Positions 60,626-64,000 of a DNA stretch of 64,000 nt are shown here, in pieces; within the stretch, counting starts at the first letter, position 1, and each line of letters begins with the position of its first letter. The notes below the pieces were generated by a model, which was not told the DNA's origin, did no database searches, and worked only from the letters and a program-made list of their open reading frames with translations. This stretch comes from Devosia sp. (GTDB lineage: Bacteria > Pseudomonadota > Alphaproteobacteria > Rhizobiales > Devosiaceae), in contig CP051235.1 of the NCBI GenBank assembly GCA_017794705.1, positions 247,010-311,009 of the forward strand, read 5' to 3'. Position numbers and translations under genes: made by a program.

Positions 60626-61312
60626 ATGTCTGACGAAGACGACATCATCCTTTCTGAACTCGACGATGCCGAACTCGTCGAGCAGATGCAGGACGACCTG
60701 TACGATGGTCTGAAAGAAGAGATCGAGGAAGGTGTCAACATTCTGCTGGAACGTGGTTGGGCGCCTTATGACATTCTGACCAAGTCGCTGGTAACCGGAA
60801 TGAAGACAGTCGGCGACGACTTTCGCGACGGCATATTGTTCGTACCCGAAGTTCTGCTTGCCGCGAACGCCATGAAGGCCGGAATGGCGATACTGCGGCC
60901 GCTGCTCGCTGAGACAGGAGCCGCGAAGATCGGAACGGTGGTGATCGGGACCGTCAAGGGTGACATCCACGACATTGGCAAGAACCTTGTCGCGATGATG
61001 CTGGAAGGTGCGGGTTTTGAGGTGATCAACCTTGGAATCAACACGGATGTCGACAAGTTTTTGGCGGCGATCGAAGAACATAAGCCGGACATTCTGGGCA
61101 TGTCGGCGCTTCTCACCACGACCATGACCTACATGAAGGTAGTCATCGAAACGCTGAAGGAAAAAGGCATTCGCGACCAGTTGATCGTACTGGTCGGCGG
61201 CGCGCCTCTCAACGAGGAATTCGGCGACGCCATTGGCGCAGACGCCTACTGCAAGGATGCGGCGATCGCGGTGGAAACCGCGAAGCGCATGGTGCTGCAA
61301 AGGGCCGGATGA
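60626..61312 (+). CDS. corrinoid (cobalamin-binding) protein, B12 cap + Rossmann domains
   Basis: GTVKGDIHDIGKNLV is the DxHxxG motif and MSALLTTTM is an SxL-type motif. The size (228 aa) is typical of stand-alone corrinoid proteins. The N-terminus is strongly acidic. Confidence 0.8.
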   Translation: MSDEDDIILSELDDAELVEQMQDDLYDGLKEEIEEGVNILLERGWAPYDILTKSLVTGMKTVGDDFRDGILFVPEVLLAANAMKAGMAILRPLLAETGAAKIGTVVIGTVKGDIHDIGKNLVAMMLEGAGFEVINLGINTDVDKFLAAIEEHKPDILGMSALLTTTMTYMKVVIETLKEKGIRDQLIVLVGGAPLNEEFGDAIGADAYCKDAAIAVETAKRMVLQRAG

Positions 61313-61908
61313 TGAGCGAGTCCGAAAAGATCGGCATTGTCGCATGTGGCGCCATCGCCCGAGAGTTGCGCGCCGTCTTGGCGGCTTCGGGCCTCACCCA
61401 TATTAATGTGCGTTATCTGCCGGCCAAACTGCACAACGCACCACGCGAGATTCCTGGCGCCGTCGCTTCGGTGCTTGAGGACCTGCAGGTGGAATGTGAC
61501 CGGCTTTATGTTGGCTATGCCGACTGCGGCACTGCGGGAAAGCTGGACAAGGTGCTGGACAAGTATGGCGCGAGCCGCCTGCCAGGCGCGCATTGCTACG
61601 CTTTCTTTGCCGGTTTGGACCGGTTCGACCGGTTGCATGACGCTGAGCCCGGGACCTTTTACCTCACTGACTATCTGGCGCGGCAGTTCGAGACGCTGGT
61701 GTTTCGACCTTTGGGTCTCGACCGGTATCCGGAATTGCGTGACGACTACTTCGGCAATTACACGCGGTTGGTGTACCTCGCCCAGACGGATGACGCCGAC
61801 CTGGATTCAAGGGCTCGTGCTGCGGCTGATCGTCTGGGATTGCGGTTCGAGCGGGTTGATACCGGGCTGGGCGATCTGGCGCATTTTTTCGAGCGGGAAG
61901 TCGCATGA
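61309..61908 (+). CDS. DUF1638 domain protein
   Basis: IGIVACGAIARELR..YADCGTAG..PGAHCY fits the DUF1638 pattern from memory. It has ATGA overlaps at both ends. Confidence 0.65.
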   Translation: MMSESEKIGIVACGAIARELRAVLAASGLTHINVRYLPAKLHNAPREIPGAVASVLEDLQVECDRLYVGYADCGTAGKLDKVLDKYGASRLPGAHCYAFFAGLDRFDRLHDAEPGTFYLTDYLARQFETLVFRPLGLDRYPELRDDYFGNYTRLVYLAQTDDADLDSRARAAADRLGLRFERVDTGLGDLAHFFEREVA

Positions 61909-62222
61909 ACAAGGCAAAGATCATCTACTGGCGCGACATCCCCACCCAGGTTGTCGTCGGATCGGGCCGAAAGTCCACTAAACGCCCCCTCGCCGACCGG
62001 TTTTTGGTGGCCGTGGACAAGGCCGCAATGACCGCGGGCCGGACCAGCGACGAAGACTATATCGCGGACTGGCATTCGGCCGAGGTTGAAACGGTTGAGG
62101 ACGACGCTGCGGCCGCCGCTGAGACAATAGCCGCCGGACTGGAAAATGATTACCCGACCGCGCGTCTGGCCGAACTGGCCCGGAACGGCGGCAATGACCC
62201 TGAAAAACGAGACGGCCAATGA
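61905..62222 (+). CDS. small 'virulence factor' domain (PF13769-like) protein of unknown function
   Basis: MNKAKIIYWRDIPTQVVV..DYIADW resembles the small proteins annotated 'virulence factor' beside corrinoid methyltransferase genes. The assignment is from memory only. Confidence 0.45.
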   Translation: MNKAKIIYWRDIPTQVVVGSGRKSTKRPLADRFLVAVDKAAMTAGRTSDEDYIADWHSAEVETVEDDAAAAAETIAAGLENDYPTARLAELARNGGNDPEKRDGQ

Positions 62223-63142
62223 CCACCAGAACTGTAATTTCCTCGCCCACCAGGGAAGTCATCATCGGGTTTGATCAGCCGTTCTGCGTGATTGGCGAGC
62301 GGATCAATCCGACCGGGCGCAAACTGTTGGCCGAAGAGATGAAAGCTGGCGACTATTCGCGTGTACAGGCAGACGCCTTGGCGCAGGTCGAGGCTGGAGC
62401 GATGGTTCTGGACGTCAACGCCGGCATTCCTCTGGCCGACGAACCGAAAATTCTCGCTGAGTGTATCCAGTTGATCCAGTCGATCACCGATGTGCCGCTG
62501 TGCATCGATTCATCGATCATGGATGCGCTGGAGGCAGGGCTTGCCGTCTATCAGGGCAAGCCCCTGTTGAATTCTGTCACCGGCGAGGAGGAGTCGCTGG
62601 AGCGCATTCTGCCTCTGGTGAAAAAGCACGGCGCAGCCGTTGTTGCCATTTCAAACGATGAATCCGGCATTTCGACTGACCCCGACGTGCGCTTCGCCGT
62701 TGCCAAGAAGATCGTCGAGCGGGCGATGGATCATGGCATCCCCAAGAATGACGTCGTGGTGGACCCGCTGGTCATGCCCGTTGGCGCGATGAATGATGCG
62801 GGAACGCAAGTGTTTCGGCTGGTTCGCCGGTTGCGCGAAGAGCTGGAAGTCAACACAACCTGCGGCGCGTCGAATGTAGGCTTTGGCGTGCCGAACCGAC
62901 ATGCGCTGACGGGGACGTTTATCTCCATGGCCGCGGCCGTGGGCATGACGTCGGCAATCATGTCGCCGCTGCATGCGGAACAAATGAATGCGGTGCGGGC
63001 GGCCAATGTGTTGAACGGCTTTGACCCGGACTGTGGCAACTGGCTGAGCGCAAACCGGCCCCAGACGGAAGCTGGTGCCGAAGCGGGCGGACGGCGGGGT
63101 GGACGCTCCGGCCGCCGGCGTGCCCGCGCCTCCTCCGAATAG
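62219..63142 (+). CDS. methyltetrahydrofolate:corrinoid methyltransferase (pterin-binding domain, MetH module 2 / AcsE-like)
   Basis: FCVIGERINPTGRK..LDVNAG..LLNSV..DPLV is a pterin-binding TIM-barrel sequence. It has an Arg-rich C-terminal tail. Confidence 0.8.
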   Translation: MTTRTVISSPTREVIIGFDQPFCVIGERINPTGRKLLAEEMKAGDYSRVQADALAQVEAGAMVLDVNAGIPLADEPKILAECIQLIQSITDVPLCIDSSIMDALEAGLAVYQGKPLLNSVTGEEESLERILPLVKKHGAAVVAISNDESGISTDPDVRFAVAKKIVERAMDHGIPKNDVVVDPLVMPVGAMNDAGTQVFRLVRRLREELEVNTTCGASNVGFGVPNRHALTGTFISMAAAVGMTSAIMSPLHAEQMNAVRAANVLNGFDPDCGNWLSANRPQTEAGAEAGGRRGGRSGRRRARASSE

Positions 63143-63143
63143 C

Positions 63144-64000
63144 GTGACGACTGATCCCACAGCACTGGTCGTTTTTCAACCTTCGGGCAAGCGCGGGCGA
63201 TTTGCGCACGGCACACCAGTGCTGGATGCAGCGCGTGAACTGGGCGTACAGATCGAGTCGGTGTGTGGCGGGCGCGGGATATGCGGGCGATGCCAGATCA
63301 CGGTTGCCGAGGGCCAATTCGCCAAGTTTGGGATAACGAGCTCCGAAGACCGGTTATCGCCCAAGGGGTTCATCGAGAACCGATACGATGAAAAACGTGG
63401 GTTGGCGGCAGACCGGCGACTGAGCTGCACGGCCCGCATCGAAGGTGATCTGGTGGTTGACGTGCCGGATGCCTCGATCGTTGCCGGACAGACCATCCGC
63501 AAGGATGCGAACACGATCGGCATGATCCGCAACACGGCCTTGAGACTTTGCTACGTTGAACTGCCCGAGCCGGATCTTGAAACGCCAGTGGGGGACGCCG
63601 ACCGGCTGGCAGCGGAAATCGAGCTGGAATTCGGCTACGAGAATGTTGAAGTCCCGTTCCACCTGATCGCAGATGTTCAGCGGGCCATGCGTGAAGCGAA
63701 GTGCCAGGTTACGGCCTGTGTAGACATTTCAGGCGCTCGCCCCACGGTCATCTCGGTTTTCAACGGCTACCAGGAAGAAATGTGCGGGCTTGCCGTGGAC
63801 ATTGGTTCAACGACAGTCGCTGCGCACCTTGTCGACCTGATGAACGGTGAAATTCTCGGCTCCGCCGGGCGCGCCAACCCGCAGATCCGATTTGGCGAAG
63901 ACCTGATGAGCCGCGTCTCTTACGTGATGATGAATGACGGCGGTCGCGAACGGCTAACCGATGCGATCAGGCTCTGCGTGAATGAACTGACAACTGAGCT
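63144..64000 (+). CDS. RACo/RamA-like corrinoid reductive activase (N-terminal [2Fe-2S] ferredoxin + ASKHA ATPase domain), 5' part; continues beyond window end
   Basis: Hand translation from GTG 63144 gives VTTDPTALVVFQPSGKRGRFAHGTPVLDAARELGVQIESVCGGRGICGRCQI (plant-type 2Fe-2S motif) and later GLAVDIGSTTVAAHLVDL (ASKHA phosphate-1 motif). The frame is open to position 64000. It is absent from the ORF track because it runs off the edge. Confidence 0.75.
   Translation, partial: MTTDPTALVVFQPSGKRGRFAHGTPVLDAARELGVQIESVCGGRGICGRCQITVAEGQFAKFGITSSEDRLSPKGFIENRYDEKRGLAADRRLSCTARIEGDLVVDVPDASIVAGQTIRKDANTIGMIRNTALRLCYVELPEPDLETPVGDADRLAAEIELEFGYENVEVPFHLIADVQRAMREAKCQVTACVDISGARPTVISVFNGYQEEMCGLAVDIGSTTVAAHLVDLMNGEILGSAGRANPQIRFGEDLMSRVSYVMMNDGGRERLTDAIRLCVNELTTE

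Overview
This is a 64 kb window from a GC-rich alphaproteobacterium (roughly 60% GC by eye). The synteny looks like Hyphomicrobiales/Rhizobiales: dusB-ntrBC-ntrYX-trkAH-hfq-hflX, pdhA-pdhB-pdhC-SGNH-lpdA-lipA, trpEGDC-moaC-moeA-lexA and tpiA-secG-pyrG. I support about 65 protein-coding genes, most of them housekeeping. Two are truncated at the window edges and absent from the ORF track: gltX at the left and a RACo-like activase at the right. I found no rRNA, tRNA, CRISPR array, transposase, integrase or recognisable defence system. Many long track ORFs are antisense or off-frame shadows typical of high-GC DNA. Many true starts lie internal to the longest ORF, and I re-derived them from RBS and overlap context. 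There are four accessory-looking parts. (1) A galactonate-type (De Ley-Doudoroff) islet sits between comEC and lexA and uses an IlvD/Edd dehydratase. (2) A heterogeneous block lies between pyrG and eno, including a secreted polysaccharide-lyase-like multidomain protein. (3) An FCY1-type cytosine deaminase plus a PAPS-type sulfotransferase are inserted inside the pyruvate dehydrogenase operon. (4) The most interesting is a tightly coupled six-gene cluster at the right end. It looks like a disassembled B12-dependent methionine synthase, with a RACo/RamA-like reductive activase and two uncharacterised partners (DUF1638 and a small 'virulence-factor'-type protein). The proteins in this cluster carry complementary charged tails, and a perfect palindrome sits upstream. 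All functional calls come from reading the translations and motifs from memory. No database search was run.
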